A stretch of 64,000 nucleotides of DNA, taken from the NCBI GenBank assembly GCA_041657445.1, contig JBBABV010000002.1:3364-67363 (forward strand), given 5' to 3'. The translations under genes were made by a program, and so were the position numbers. Every line of letters begins with the position of its first letter. Position 1 is the first letter of the stretch. The notes under the pieces are model-generated. The model searched no databases, had not been told where the DNA came from, and was given only the letters and a program-made list of their open reading frames with translations. Shown piece after piece: positions 29,573 through 40,306 of the stretch. Source of the DNA: Minisyncoccota bacterium (GTDB lineage Bacteria > Patescibacteriota > Minisyncoccia > Phycocordibacterales > UBA9973).

Positions 29573-30547
29573 ATGAAAAAGAAAAAAATATATATAACAA
29601 GAAAAATTCCTGAAATTGCTGAAAGAATGTTAAAGAAAAAAGGATATATAGTAGAAATCAATACAAAAGATAAAAATCTATCAAAAAAGGAATTAATTTC
29701 AAAACTTAAAAAAGGTAATTATGATGCTGTTTTGAGTTTACTTTCAAATAAAATTGATGAAGATATATTTAAGATAGCTCCTACAGTAAAAATTTTTGCA
29801 AATTATGCAACAGGTTTTGATAATGTTGATCTAGAGAAAGCAAAAAAATATAAAGTAGTAATAACAAATGCTCCTGCTCCAAAAACAGCAGAATCGGTAG
29901 CAGAGCATACATTTGCATTAATGCTTGCTCTTGTAAAAAACATTACTGATGGTGATAGATTTGTAAGAGCAGGAAAATACAAAGGGTGGATGCCGTTGCT
30001 TTTTATTGATAATGATTTAATTGGTAAAAATCTTGGATTGATAGGTGCAGGAAGAATTGGAGAAAAAGTTGCACAAAAAGCAAGTGCTCTTGGTTTAAAA
30101 ATAATCTACACAGACATTAAGAGAAATAAATTCTTAGAAAAGAAACTTGGAGCAAAATACTACAAATCTTTTAAAGAACTTTTGCCTAAAGCTGATTTTG
30201 TCAGTTTACATGCCCCTCTTCTTCCTTCTACATACCATTTGATAAATAAAAACACATTAAAACTCATGAAAAAAACTGCCTATATCGTAAATACCTCAAG
30301 AGGCCCAGTGATAGATGAAAAAGCTTTAGTAAAAGCATTAAAGAATAAGGAAATCAATGGAGCAGGACTTGATGTATATGAATTTGAACCAAAGGTAACA
30401 AAGGATTTAATTAAAATGGAAAATACTGTCCTGACACCTCATATTGCCTCAGCTTCATTTGGAGCAAGAAATGAAATGGCAGAAATATGTGCTCAAAACA
30501 TAATTGACTGTCTAGAAGGAAGAAAACCAAAATACCAAGTTAATTAA
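29573..30547 (+). CDS. D-2-hydroxyacid dehydrogenase (glyoxylate/hydroxypyruvate reductase-like)
   Basis: [28 protein letters not shown]. Confidence 0.9.
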   Translation: MKKKKIYITRKIPEIAERMLKKKGYIVEINTKDKNLSKKELISKLKKGNYDAVLSLLSNKIDEDIFKIAPTVKIFANYATGFDNVDLEKAKKYKVVITNAPAPKTAESVAEHTFALMLALVKNITDGDRFVRAGKYKGWMPLLFIDNDLIGKNLGLIGAGRIGEKVAQKASALGLKIIYTDIKRNKFLEKKLGAKYYKSFKELLPKADFVSLHAPLLPSTYHLINKNTLKLMKKTAYIVNTSRGPVIDEKALVKALKNKEINGAGLDVYEFEPKVTKDLIKMENTVLTPHIASASFGARNEMAEICAQNIIDCLEGRKPKYQVN

Positions 30548-30549
30548 CT

Positions 30550-31356
30550 ATGAAAAATTCTTCAAAAGCACAAATTATAGCAACCATAGGCCCTTCTTCA
30601 TCCAAAGAAGATGTACTAGAATCTATGGCTCTTCATCAAATGGATATTGTAAGATTCAATTTCTCTTGGAGTAATGATGAAGAAAGGAAAACTCAAATAA
30701 ATTTAATAAGAAAAATTTCAGAAAAGATTGGTAAAAAAATACCAATAATTGCTGACCTTCCTGGGCCAAGAGTTCAAAAAGAAGAAAGTCATACATACGA
30801 TACGAAGATCACTAGCTCTTTTACTGATGAGGATGAAAAATCAATAAAATTTGGAATAGAACAAAATGTAGACTATTTTGCACTTTCTTTTGTTGGTAAT
30901 AAAAACGATATAAAAAAATATAAAGAAGTGATAAAAAAATATTCTGGATATCAAAAAATAATATCAAAAATTGAGAGAAAAATAGCACTAGATAATCTTC
31001 TAGATATAATAGAAGAATCTGATGCAGTAATGGTCGCAAGAGGTGATTTAATAAATGAGATCCCTATTGAGCAACTTCCGTTTATACAAGATAAAATAGT
31101 AAAGGAAGCAAAAAAGGCTGGAAAACCAGTAATAGTAGCTACGGAGATGTTACTTTCAATGACAAAGGAACCAAGACCAACTAGAGCAGAAATTACTGAT
31201 GTGGCAAATGCAATACTCGGAGGAGCAGACTCTGTAATGCTTTCCGAAGAAACTTCTACAGGAAAATACCCCATAGAAGCCGTAACAATAATGGAAAAAA
31301 TAGTCCTTGAGGCAGAAAAGCATTTACTGGGTAAATCAAATTTTAATACTTTATGA
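30550..31356 (+). CDS. pyk: Pyruvate kinase, minimal form
   Basis: IATIGP, RFNFS, DLPGP, KIE, MVARGDL, ATEML.SM, PTRAE, MLSEET. Confidence 0.9.
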   Translation: MKNSSKAQIIATIGPSSSKEDVLESMALHQMDIVRFNFSWSNDEERKTQINLIRKISEKIGKKIPIIADLPGPRVQKEESHTYDTKITSSFTDEDEKSIKFGIEQNVDYFALSFVGNKNDIKKYKEVIKKYSGYQKIISKIERKIALDNLLDIIEESDAVMVARGDLINEIPIEQLPFIQDKIVKEAKKAGKPVIVATEMLLSMTKEPRPTRAEITDVANAILGGADSVMLSEETSTGKYPIEAVTIMEKIVLEAEKHLLGKSNFNTL

Positions 31357-32597
31357 TAAATAAAATCCTAAACATAAACGGAAGAGAGATATTAGACTCA
31401 AGGGGCAATCCAACAATTGAGGTTACTTGTAGTCTTTTGGGAGGAGTAGAAGGAATATTTTCTGTTCCATCAGGAGCAAGTACTGGGATACACGAGGCTA
31501 TTGAATTAAGAGATGGTGATATCAACAGATACAATGGATTAGGAGTATTGAAAGCAGTAAAAAATATAAATGAAGTAATAAAAAATATAATCAAGGATAA
31601 AGAATTTGATCAAGAATCTCTTGATAAAACTCTTATCAAACTTGATGCTACAGAAAATAAATCAAAACTAGGAGCAAATGCAATTCTTGGAGTTTCATTA
31701 TCATTCGCAAAAGCTTCTGCCATAACAAAAAAACAAGAATTATACAAATATATAGGTGAGATGTTTGGTAATAATAATTACCACTTACCTATTCCCTCCT
31801 TTAATCTTATAAACGGTGGAAAACATTCCGATAGTGGATTAGACATTCAAGAATTCATGATTTTACCTACACAAATTGATACTATTAAAGAAAAAATAAG
31901 AGTAGGGGCAGAAGTATTTCATACTTTAAAAAAAATTCTTCAAGAAAAAAATTACAGCACTGGAGTAGGCGACGAAGGTGGCTTTGCCCCAAAACTTTCT
32001 TCCAATGAAGAAGCGTTTAAATTACTAATGGAAGCAATCAATAAATCAGGTTATGAAGGAAAAATAAAACTCGGTGTGGATATTGCTAGTTCTTCATTCT
32101 ATAAAAATGGAAAATACAACTTTAAGATAAACGGAAAAGAAAAAAATACTGACTCAAAAGAACTCATCTCCTGGTATGAAGAATTAGCAAAAGATTATCC
32201 CATTATACTAATTGAAGATGGATTATCAGAGGATGACTGGGATGGCTTTAAAAATATGAATAATGCAATGGGTAAAGATATAAAAATTGTTGGAGATGAT
32301 CTAACAGTCACAAATAAAAAAAGAATAGAAAAAGCGATAAACGAAAAAGCGATAAATTCAGTTATTATAAAACCAAATCAAATTGGAACATTAACAGAAA
32401 CTCTTGAAGCTGTAAAAATTGCTCAAAAGGCAGGATTTTCTATAATGGTTTCTCATAGATCAGGCGATACTCCTGATTCATTTATCGCAGATCTAGCAGT
32501 AGGAATAGGAGCAGAATTTATTAAATCAGGATCATTAAGTCGTGGAGAGCGAATTTCAAAATACAATCGTCTTTTAGAAATAGAGGAAAAAATCTAG
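31353..32597 (+). CDS. eno: Enolase
   Basis: DSRGNPT, PSGASTG, GDEGGF, GDDL, SHRSG, KYNRLL. Confidence 0.97.
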   Translation: MINKILNINGREILDSRGNPTIEVTCSLLGGVEGIFSVPSGASTGIHEAIELRDGDINRYNGLGVLKAVKNINEVIKNIIKDKEFDQESLDKTLIKLDATENKSKLGANAILGVSLSFAKASAITKKQELYKYIGEMFGNNNYHLPIPSFNLINGGKHSDSGLDIQEFMILPTQIDTIKEKIRVGAEVFHTLKKILQEKNYSTGVGDEGGFAPKLSSNEEAFKLLMEAINKSGYEGKIKLGVDIASSSFYKNGKYNFKINGKEKNTDSKELISWYEELAKDYPIILIEDGLSEDDWDGFKNMNNAMGKDIKIVGDDLTVTNKKRIEKAINEKAINSVIIKPNQIGTLTETLEAVKIAQKAGFSIMVSHRSGDTPDSFIADLAVGIGAEFIKSGSLSRGERISKYNRLLEIEEKI

Positions 32598-32665
32598 GAC
32601 ATATTTTACTTCTTGTCAATTTGTAAGTAAGGTAATACCTTGCTATACTATTTGTCCAACAAAAT

Positions 32666-33148
32666 ATGAAAAAAAATATACTAAAATATGCTGTGCTTTT
32701 AATCATAGGAATAATTATTTTTATACTTGGATTTTCTAGTGGTATTTCATATAAGAATCACAATGAAAATAAAGAAGAATTGTATGGAATAGGTGAAAAC
32801 TTTTTCTCCTCCACAACAGATCAAGAATCTATTGGTAAGGCTAGTTTATTAATCAATTACGGAAACGGAAATATAGATAGTTTTAATGAGCTTAATATCC
32901 CTCCTAATGGGAAAGTAATAGATTTATTAGAACAAATAGAAAAAGAGACTTTAAAAAGAGAATACAAGGATTATGGGAGTGGTATGGGAGTATTTGTAAC
33001 ATCTCTAGGAGGTGTTGGACCTGATAAAGAAGGAAAAAAGTGGTGGCAATATTTTATAAACAATGAATATGCTAAAATGGGGATAAGCACACAAAGTATA
33101 AAAAATGGGGATATAATTGAATTTAAATTTTCAGAAGAAAAATTGTAA
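32666..33148 (+). CDS. DUF4430 (transcobalamin-like C-terminal domain) membrane-anchored protein
   Basis: N-terminal TM; G.FVTSLGG, WWQYFIN, GD.IEF. Confidence 0.75.
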   Translation: MKKNILKYAVLLIIGIIIFILGFSSGISYKNHNENKEELYGIGENFFSSTTDQESIGKASLLINYGNGNIDSFNELNIPPNGKVIDLLEQIEKETLKREYKDYGSGMGVFVTSLGGVGPDKEGKKWWQYFINNEYAKMGISTQSIKNGDIIEFKFSEEKL

Positions 33149-33687
33149 TGAAAAAAAATATATTAATAAATATTTCAATAATTCTATTCGTAATTCTTCT
33201 TGGAGTATCCGCAAGACTTCTGCCTCATCCTTGGAATTTTACTCCCCTTACCGCTATTGCACTTTCTTTATCCGTATATCTCGGATGGAGATATTCAATC
33301 ATTGGTGTAATTGCTATTATGTTGCTTAGTGATATTTTTATTGGGGTGTATGATTTACCAATCATGCTTTCTGTATATGGAAGTTTTGTCTTTTCTATAA
33401 TTTTAGGAACATTCATAGACAGACACAAAAAACAAACTATACTTTTTGGGATTTTAGGCTCTTCCCTTTTCTTTTTCTTAGTAACAAACTTTGCAGTATG
33501 GGAATTCGGCACAATGTATCCTCATTCTTTTTTAGGACTTATTGAGTCTTACACAATGGCTATTCCTTTTTTTAGGAATGCCTTACTAGGAGATATTTTT
33601 TATACAACTATATTCTTTGGTGTATTTGAGATATGTATATATTTTGAGCAAAGATTCGTAAAATTACTTGCGTGGAAAAAAATTTAA
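33148..33687 (+). CDS. ECF S-component-like membrane protein (DUF6580 / BtuM-like)
   Basis: RLLPHPWNFTP, FFLVTNFAVW, AIPFFRN..GD. Confidence 0.75.
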   Translation: MKKNILINISIILFVILLGVSARLLPHPWNFTPLTAIALSLSVYLGWRYSIIGVIAIMLLSDIFIGVYDLPIMLSVYGSFVFSIILGTFIDRHKKQTILFGILGSSLFFFLVTNFAVWEFGTMYPHSFLGLIESYTMAIPFFRNALLGDIFYTTIFFGVFEICIYFEQRFVKLLAWKKI

Positions 33688-33703
33688 ATCAACTTTTTAT
33701 AAA

Positions 33704-34369
33704 ATGAATATATTAATAATAGAAGACAACACTGACACTCTTTTGTTCTTAAAACAGGCTCTTCATGAAGAAGGTTTTGTAGTAGATACAGCAGAAGATG
33801 GAAACATAGGATTGAAGAAAGCATTAGGAAACGATTATGATTTTATCATCCTAGACAATACTCTCCCAGGAAAAAATGGAAAAGAAATCTGTCAGGAAAT
33901 AAGAAAAAATGGAAAGGTTCTTCCTATTTTAATGCTTTCTGTTAATGAAGATACAAATACAAAAACAGACATTCTAAATATTGGAGCAGATGATTATCTT
34001 TCAAAACCTTTTTCATATAAAGAACTTTTAGCACGGATAAAAGCAATTCTAAGGAGACCAAGGGAGATAAAGAAAGAAATACTACAGACAGGAAAATTAA
34101 TTCTTGACTCAAAAAATCACACAGTTACATATATTGGAAAAGATATTAGTCTTACTCCAAAGGAATTTTCTTTATTAGAATACCTAATGAGAAATAAAGG
34201 AAAGGTCCTTTCTAGGATACAAATTCTTGAGCATGTATGGGATATGAATGCAGATCTTTTTACTAACACAGTTGAAACACATATTTTAAATATAAGAAAG
34301 AAAATAAAAAACAAGGAAAATAAGCCTGTAATTCTAACTGTTTCCGGAGCAGGATACAAAATCCTATAA
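33704..34369 (+). CDS. OmpR/PhoB-family response regulator
   Basis: IIED, GADDYLSKPF, LTPKEF, VETHI, G.GY. Confidence 0.93.
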   Translation: MNILIIEDNTDTLLFLKQALHEEGFVVDTAEDGNIGLKKALGNDYDFIILDNTLPGKNGKEICQEIRKNGKVLPILMLSVNEDTNTKTDILNIGADDYLSKPFSYKELLARIKAILRRPREIKKEILQTGKLILDSKNHTVTYIGKDISLTPKEFSLLEYLMRNKGKVLSRIQILEHVWDMNADLFTNTVETHILNIRKKIKNKENKPVILTVSGAGYKIL

Positions 34370-34388
34370 AGATGATACAATACAAACA

Positions 34389-34650
34389 ATGATCTCCAAG
34401 AGAGACTGGGGAATAGTCGAAACCCTTTATTATAAGAATAACTTAAAGACCCCGAGTCTCAATGGAGTTTCTCCATCAATTAAAATGAATAAACTAATGG
34501 AAGTAATTCTTTTGGATAAAAAGGTAAGAAATAGTAATTTCATTAAACTTCTTATTGGAAGTTTAATGAGTGCTGGTTCTCCTTGGTCAGGTAAAGAGTA
34601 ACTTTATCATCTAAGTAACCTGCTCAGATAATGAGCAGGTTGTCTAGATG
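34389..34650 (+). ncRNA. Candidate structured RNA leader of the histidine kinase gene
   Basis: Three long stem-loops downstream of an extended -10 (TGaTACAAT); no recognised family. Confidence 0.4.
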
Positions 34651-34673
34651 AATATCTTTTCTTAACATACTTA

Positions 34674-36071
34674 ATGAAAAAATTCCTAATTAAATTTCTT
34701 TATTCAAAATCAAAAGATGAAGATATAAAAAGAAGAGAATTTATATTAAATATATTGCTTTTTTCTACAATTACTATTTTCGCTTTTGCTACTGTTGTTA
34801 ATATATTTGTTTCTATTTACCGTCCTTTTTCCTATGAAAAGAGCAGTGTGTCCTTGTTGTTCGTCATTATTTTTCTTCTTTTATTTTTACTTCTATATTT
34901 CCTATCAAAAAAAGGATACTCAAAACTATCAGCATATATATTTACCATCCTACTCTTTTTCTTGGCATTGCATATGGGAATAAAATGGGGAATTGATGTA
35001 AATATCTCACTTCTCCTCTATGCTCTTTTAATTGTCATGACAAGTGTACTTATCGGAACAAAATCTTCTTTTATTTTCACAGGAGTTATAATTACTTCTA
35101 CTATTTTAATAGAGTTTTTACATAAAGCAGAAATAATTATTCCAAATACATACTGGAGAAATGAACCTTGGAAAGAAAGCGATACACTAATGCTAGCTAT
35201 CATTTTACTTTCAATCGCTACAGTTTCATGGCTTTCAAACCATGAAACAGAAAAATCACTCACCAGAGCAAGAAAATCGGAAAAGATGCTAAAAGAAGAA
35301 AGAGATAAACTTGAAATAACAGTAGAAAAAAGGACAAAAGAATTAAGAGAGGTAGAGGCAGAAAAAATATCTCAACTCTATAGATTTGCTGAATTCGGTA
35401 GATTATCATCAGGACTTTTTCATGATCTCATGAACCCACTAGGTGCAGTATCTTTAAATGTTGAAAAAGCAAAAATGGAAAGAGGGAAAAAGGGAAATTT
35501 AGAAGAAGTAAAGAACTATTTAGACAAAGCACTTTTTGCTGCAAAAAAGATGGAATTTTTTGTCTCGGCAATACAAAAACAGCTTACAAAGAAAAGTGAT
35601 AAAAAAGTATTCTCTTTAGAAAAAAGTGTAAACGAAATAATAGATATATTATCCTACAAATCACACATAATGGGAGTAAAAATGTACTTTGAGGCAAAGT
35701 CTTCACCAAAATTTTATGGTGAGGAAATGAGATGGAATCAAGTAGTGCTCAATTTATTAACTAATGCTATTGATTCATATGAAGAAAAAAAGGGGACGAT
35801 TGATAAAAAGGTAATAGTAAGCCTAGATGAGGATGAAATAGAAATAAAGCTTTCAGTTAAAGATTTCGGTGAAGGAATAAAAAAAGAAAATCTCCTAAGT
35901 ATTTTTAAACCATTTTTTACAACAAAAAATGTAAACGAACAAAAAGGTATAGGGCTTGGGTTATCTATGACAAAAAATATAATTGAAAAGGATTTTAAAG
36001 GAACAATATCCGTAATAAGTGAAGAAAAGATAGGTACAACATTTTTTGTCATTCTTAAAAAACTAACATAG
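34674..36071 (+). CDS. Multi-TM sensor histidine kinase
   Basis: About 6 TMs, FHDLMNPL, NLLTNAID, PFFTTK, GIGLGL. Confidence 0.92.
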   Translation: MKKFLIKFLYSKSKDEDIKRREFILNILLFSTITIFAFATVVNIFVSIYRPFSYEKSSVSLLFVIIFLLLFLLLYFLSKKGYSKLSAYIFTILLFFLALHMGIKWGIDVNISLLLYALLIVMTSVLIGTKSSFIFTGVIITSTILIEFLHKAEIIIPNTYWRNEPWKESDTLMLAIILLSIATVSWLSNHETEKSLTRARKSEKMLKEERDKLEITVEKRTKELREVEAEKISQLYRFAEFGRLSSGLFHDLMNPLGAVSLNVEKAKMERGKKGNLEEVKNYLDKALFAAKKMEFFVSAIQKQLTKKSDKKVFSLEKSVNEIIDILSYKSHIMGVKMYFEAKSSPKFYGEEMRWNQVVLNLLTNAIDSYEEKKGTIDKKVIVSLDEDEIEIKLSVKDFGEGIKKENLLSIFKPFFTTKNVNEQKGIGLGLSMTKNIIEKDFKGTISVISEEKIGTTFFVILKKLT

Positions 36072-36098
36072 AATAGTTTAAAAAACTATTTTCTACAA

Positions 36099-37460
36099 AT
36101 GAATAAAAAAATTAAAAAAATTCTTGAAAAAAGAAATAAGAATTGGCGTTTTCCTGGAACAGTATACGATAATTTTTACTACTTATCTCATATCGCTAAA
36201 TATAACAAAAAACTTTTAAATGGAAAAACACTCGGAAAAATTATTTCTTCACTTGTCTCAATTGAAGAAAAACCTGGTGGACCTTACTATTCCTTGTTCC
36301 CCACAACCAAAACAGTAAAAAAAATAGTAGAGGAAAGGACAAATAAAATGATTGCAGAATTCTTATCTATTTACAATATATATCTACCTTCGCTGAAAAA
36401 ATACATGAAAAGCAAAGGCACTATAAACATAGAAAATTACAATAAGAACAAATGCTCCCCTAATATCCTTTTTACAAAAGACGAGAAAAAAATAATGTCG
36501 GGTATAAGAATAAATTTCAAAAAAATAATCTCTTCTTTCCCAAATGAATTTCAGAAGTCTGCTAAAGATATATTTGAAAAAACAATAAGGGGCAACAAAG
36601 ATAAGCAAATGTCATTATTACCATACTATTTTTGGCTATCACTTGGAAAACCAAAAGAAATAGAGCAAAAATTAATAGAGAAACTCGGTATGATAAATAT
36701 ACTGTTTTGGTCCGCTTTCATAATCTATGACGACTTTTGGGATAAAGATGAAAAAGCAGATCCCCTTCTTCTTCCTATTGCCAATATGTTTGCCAGAAAC
36801 CATATAGACTATTTTATATCTGTCTTTTCTGAAGAAAAAAGCCTCAAAACTCTTTTTGACTCATTAATGAATAAACAAGATATCGCAAATGCATGGGAAA
36901 TAAAAAACTGTAGAATAAAAAAGGAAGATGAAATACTCTTTTTACCAAAAGTTTCAAAAATATATGAGGACTATACAAAAAAATACGAACCTGCTTCTCC
37001 ACACATACTAGGACCAGTTTTGATTCTATACTTACTCACAAAAGACAAATCTTCCAAAACATATTCAATAAACGAAATCAGTGATCTTATATTTTTTTTG
37101 AAGAACTTACTTATCATAATGCAATTATGTGACGATATATATGATTTTGAAGAGGATTTAAAAAGAGGTCATATTAGCACAGCAGTTGATCTTCTTCTTA
37201 CAGAACTAAATAAGAAAACAATCAACCTCACAAAAGATATTCCAGAACTTAAAAAAATCTTTTGGTTTGTTATTTTGCCAAAACTTGTGGATAAAATTCT
37301 TTTTGGTGTAAAAAACTCAAGAAAAGCATTAAGAAAAATGACAGTAATAAAAAACCCAATTTATCTTGAGAAACTTATATCATTCTATGAGAATATAGGA
37401 GAAGAAGCACTTTTAAAACAAAAAGAGTCAAAAGAATTTATTACTGCATTTAACTACTAA
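36099..37460 (+). CDS. Class I isoprenoid synthase-fold protein
   Basis: Two aspartate-rich motifs, YDDFWD and QLCDDIYD. Confidence 0.65.
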   Translation: MNKKIKKILEKRNKNWRFPGTVYDNFYYLSHIAKYNKKLLNGKTLGKIISSLVSIEEKPGGPYYSLFPTTKTVKKIVEERTNKMIAEFLSIYNIYLPSLKKYMKSKGTINIENYNKNKCSPNILFTKDEKKIMSGIRINFKKIISSFPNEFQKSAKDIFEKTIRGNKDKQMSLLPYYFWLSLGKPKEIEQKLIEKLGMINILFWSAFIIYDDFWDKDEKADPLLLPIANMFARNHIDYFISVFSEEKSLKTLFDSLMNKQDIANAWEIKNCRIKKEDEILFLPKVSKIYEDYTKKYEPASPHILGPVLILYLLTKDKSSKTYSINEISDLIFFLKNLLIIMQLCDDIYDFEEDLKRGHISTAVDLLLTELNKKTINLTKDIPELKKIFWFVILPKLVDKILFGVKNSRKALRKMTVIKNPIYLEKLISFYENIGEEALLKQKESKEFITAFNY

Positions 37461-37474
37461 TTTCTTTATTTTTT

Positions 37475-37518
37475 CTTTATCTAAACTTTATCTAAACTTT
37501 AACTTCATTTCGTATTAT
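37475..37518 (+). promoter_or_regulatory. 11-bp tandem repeat (OmpR-type box) plus -10
   Basis: CTTTATCTAAA x2 + CTTTAA, then TATTAT 6 nt before ATG 37525. Confidence 0.55.
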
Positions 37519-37524
37519 TTCAAT

Positions 37525-37686
37525 ATGAATGATAAAAAAATAAAAGAATACCGTTGTTCCTGCGGTAAATTACTTTTTAAAGGTTATTTGTTTATTGGAA
37601 CAGTTGAAATCAAATGTCGTCATTGTAGAGAAATTGCATATTTTCTTGGAAGAATTAGGCAAGAGAAAAACAAAGAACTTGCATAA
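37525..37686 (+). CDS. Com-like zinc-ribbon protein (53 aa)
   Basis: Manual translation EYRCSCGKLLFKG...VEIKCRHC; absent from the ORF track. Confidence 0.75.
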   Translation: MNDKKIKEYRCSCGKLLFKGYLFIGTVEIKCRHCREIAYFLGRIRQEKNKELA

Positions 37687-37701
37687 TAAAAAGCATTATA
37701 T

Positions 37702-39354
37702 TTATTTAGATTTAGTTTTTTTAGAACAAGCTTTCATAAAAGCCAAAAAAAGTGGATGAGGGTGAAGTGGTCTTGATTTCAACTCTGGATGAAACTGTGT
37801 TCCAAGGTAAAATATATGCTTTTTTTGTGGAAGTTCTACGATCTCCATTAATTTCTTGTCCGGAGAAACTCCAGAAAAAATCAAACCTGCTTTTTCTAAT
37901 TTATCAATATATTCTGGATTTACCTCATAACGATGACGATGTCTTTCTGATATTATTGATGCTTTATATGCATTGTATGCAATACTCCCTTTTTTTAATT
38001 GAGCAGGATAAGCTCCAAGTCGCATTGTCGCTCCATAGTTTTTCTCTCGCAAGTTTTTCTTTTGTTCAGGCATTATGTCAATTACAGGATTGGTGCTATC
38101 TGGATTTATTTCTGTAGTATGTGCATTTTTTAACTTTAAAACATTTCTAGCATATTCTATAACAGATATTTGCATTCCATAACATAATCCAAAATAAGGT
38201 ATTTCATTCTTTCTACAATACTCTGCCACCTTTATTTTTCCTTCTATACCTCTTTCTCCAAAACCACCAGGTACAATTATTCCATTATATTTTTTCAATT
38301 CATTTAATAATTTTGGAGTCTTTTCAAATTGTTCGGAATTTATCCATTGAATTTTAGGTCTACATCCTAATACTCCAGCAGAATGTTTTATTGATTCAAT
38401 AATTGATATATATGAATCTTCAAGAACAAAATCTCCACTTCCAAAATATTTACCAACTATACCTATAGAAACATCTTTTTTTGCTTCGTTCATTTTTTTT
38501 ACCATCCTTCTCCAGTCTTTCATGTCTTTATTTCTTGGTTTCATCTTTAATTTTTTTAGAATACGATTTCCAAGTTCATCATTTTCAAAATTGATTGGAA
38601 CTTCATATATATTTTTTACATTTGGAGCCGAAATTACATCTCCTTTTTCTAGACTACACATAAACTCTATCTTCTCTTTTCTTTTATCATCAAGAGGTAT
38701 ATGAGCTCTAGCTAAAATAATATCAGGGTTAAGACCCACAGCATTCAAACTTCTAACTGCATGCTGAGTGGGTTTAGTTTTTAATTCATTTCCCCCTGCT
38801 CCAAGGGCAGGAACATGACTTACTAATACTAAAACAACATCATTTGGTCTTTTAATTTTTAGCATACGAACTGCTTCAAGAAAAAGAATGTTTTCATATT
38901 CTCCTACTGTTCCTCCTATCTCCACTACTGCTATTTTTGCCTCCGCTTTTTCTGCTGCCTTGTTTATTCTTCCGATAATCTCAAGAGGAATACGGGGAAC
39001 CACCTCTACTTGTTTTCCTGCAAATTCAAGATTCCTTTCTTTTTGGATAACAGAAAGATATACACTCCCTGTAGTCATGTAATTTGTTTTTGATAGATTT
39101 CTATCTAAAAATCTTTCATAATTTCCCATATCCTGATCACATTCTGTGCCATCATCAAGAACAAAGACTTCTCCGTGTTCAGTAGGGTTCATAGTCCCTG
39201 CATCAACATTTACATATGGATCAATTTTAAGTGCCGTAACTTCTACTCCCCTTGACTGAAGAATTTTTGAAATAGAAGATGAAGCAACACCTTTTCCTAC
39301 CCCTGACATAACCCCTCCTACTACAAATATATATTTTGTTTTCTTTTTTTTCAT
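37702..39354 (-). CDS. pyrG: CTP synthase
   Basis: GGVMSGVGKG, KIDPY, KTKPTQH, GLCYGMQ, ERHRHRYE, QFHPE. Confidence 0.97.
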   Translation of the reverse strand: MKKKKTKYIFVVGGVMSGVGKGVASSSISKILQSRGVEVTALKIDPYVNVDAGTMNPTEHGEVFVLDDGTECDQDMGNYERFLDRNLSKTNYMTTGSVYLSVIQKERNLEFAGKQVEVVPRIPLEIIGRINKAAEKAEAKIAVVEIGGTVGEYENILFLEAVRMLKIKRPNDVVLVLVSHVPALGAGGNELKTKPTQHAVRSLNAVGLNPDIILARAHIPLDDKRKEKIEFMCSLEKGDVISAPNVKNIYEVPINFENDELGNRILKKLKMKPRNKDMKDWRRMVKKMNEAKKDVSIGIVGKYFGSGDFVLEDSYISIIESIKHSAGVLGCRPKIQWINSEQFEKTPKLLNELKKYNGIIVPGGFGERGIEGKIKVAEYCRKNEIPYFGLCYGMQISVIEYARNVLKLKNAHTTEINPDSTNPVIDIMPEQKKNLREKNYGATMRLGAYPAQLKKGSIAYNAYKASIISERHRHRYEVNPEYIDKLEKAGLIFSGVSPDKKLMEIVELPQKKHIFYLGTQFHPELKSRPLHPHPLFLAFMKACSKKTKSK

Positions 39355-39367
39355 TATTAATGATTAT

Positions 39368-40285
39368 TTATTTATTTAAATATTTCCTTATCGCCAGAAA
39401 ACTTGAAACTGTTCCTAATAATCCTCCTGAAATTATCAATATCACAGAAATCTGTAGAAAGTTGGAAACATAATACTCATTTATATTAATACCAAGAAAA
39501 TCCGTCATACCACTACTAAACCAACCTGTAATTGGGAAAAAGAGTGTAATTGTTATAATAGTCGCTACTAATCCATAGATTATTCCTTCAACCAAAAAAG
39601 GTCCACGAACAGTCATCTTGCTTGCCCCTACTAAGCGCATTACACCTATTTCTTCTTTTGAAATGAATATAGCAAGACGGATAGTATTAAGGGTAATGAT
39701 AAGGGAGATAATTATAAGAATAATGGTAATAATTGCACCAAGACTCTTTGCTCCAGAGATAATTGAATTTAGTTTATCTATTACTATTTTGTTTTCAAAA
39801 TAATTTACCTTGTCAATAATTGATCCAGAAGTAGAAGAAAGAACATCATCAGACTTTAAAAAGTCTGCAATACCTTCATATTGAGAGACTTGTTTTGCTT
39901 TTATATTTAAATATGCTCCTAGAGGATTTTCCTTTATTTCATCAAGTGCTGCAAGAGTTGCATAATCTCCTTCATGTCTTTGGCGGAAGATAGCTAAGGC
40001 TTCCTCAGCACTTACATATGTTACAGAATCTACTTCTGGTAATTCTTTTAGTGAATCACGAAGTGCGAGAATTTCTTCATTTGGAGCCCCAACATTAAAA
40101 TATATAGCAATATCTACTTTTTCCTTTATTTCATTCAAAGAAAAATTTAAAATTGCTTGAAGCAGGATAATACAAGTGATAACAGAGAGAGTGATGGTCA
40201 TAATAAGCACCGATGCCCAAGAAACAGTGCCACTTCTTTTAAAATTTAGAAAACCTGCTTTAATTATTCTTAATAGTTTTATCAT
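39368..40285 (-). CDS. ftsX: Cell division permease FtsX
   Basis: NTIRLAI...EI.VMRLVGAS...GPF; follows ftsE. Confidence 0.92.
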   Translation of the reverse strand: MIKLLRIIKAGFLNFKRSGTVSWASVLIMTITLSVITCIILLQAILNFSLNEIKEKVDIAIYFNVGAPNEEILALRDSLKELPEVDSVTYVSAEEALAIFRQRHEGDYATLAALDEIKENPLGAYLNIKAKQVSQYEGIADFLKSDDVLSSTSGSIIDKVNYFENKIVIDKLNSIISGAKSLGAIITIILIIISLIITLNTIRLAIFISKEEIGVMRLVGASKMTVRGPFLVEGIIYGLVATIITITLFFPITGWFSSGMTDFLGININEYYVSNFLQISVILIISGGLLGTVSSFLAIRKYLNK

Positions 40286-40306
40286 TTTTTTACTTCAATT
40301 TACTTA

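Noticed and set aside
37680-37710. Coding-strand switch as replication terminus
   Set aside because: No dif-like site recognised and skew cannot be computed here
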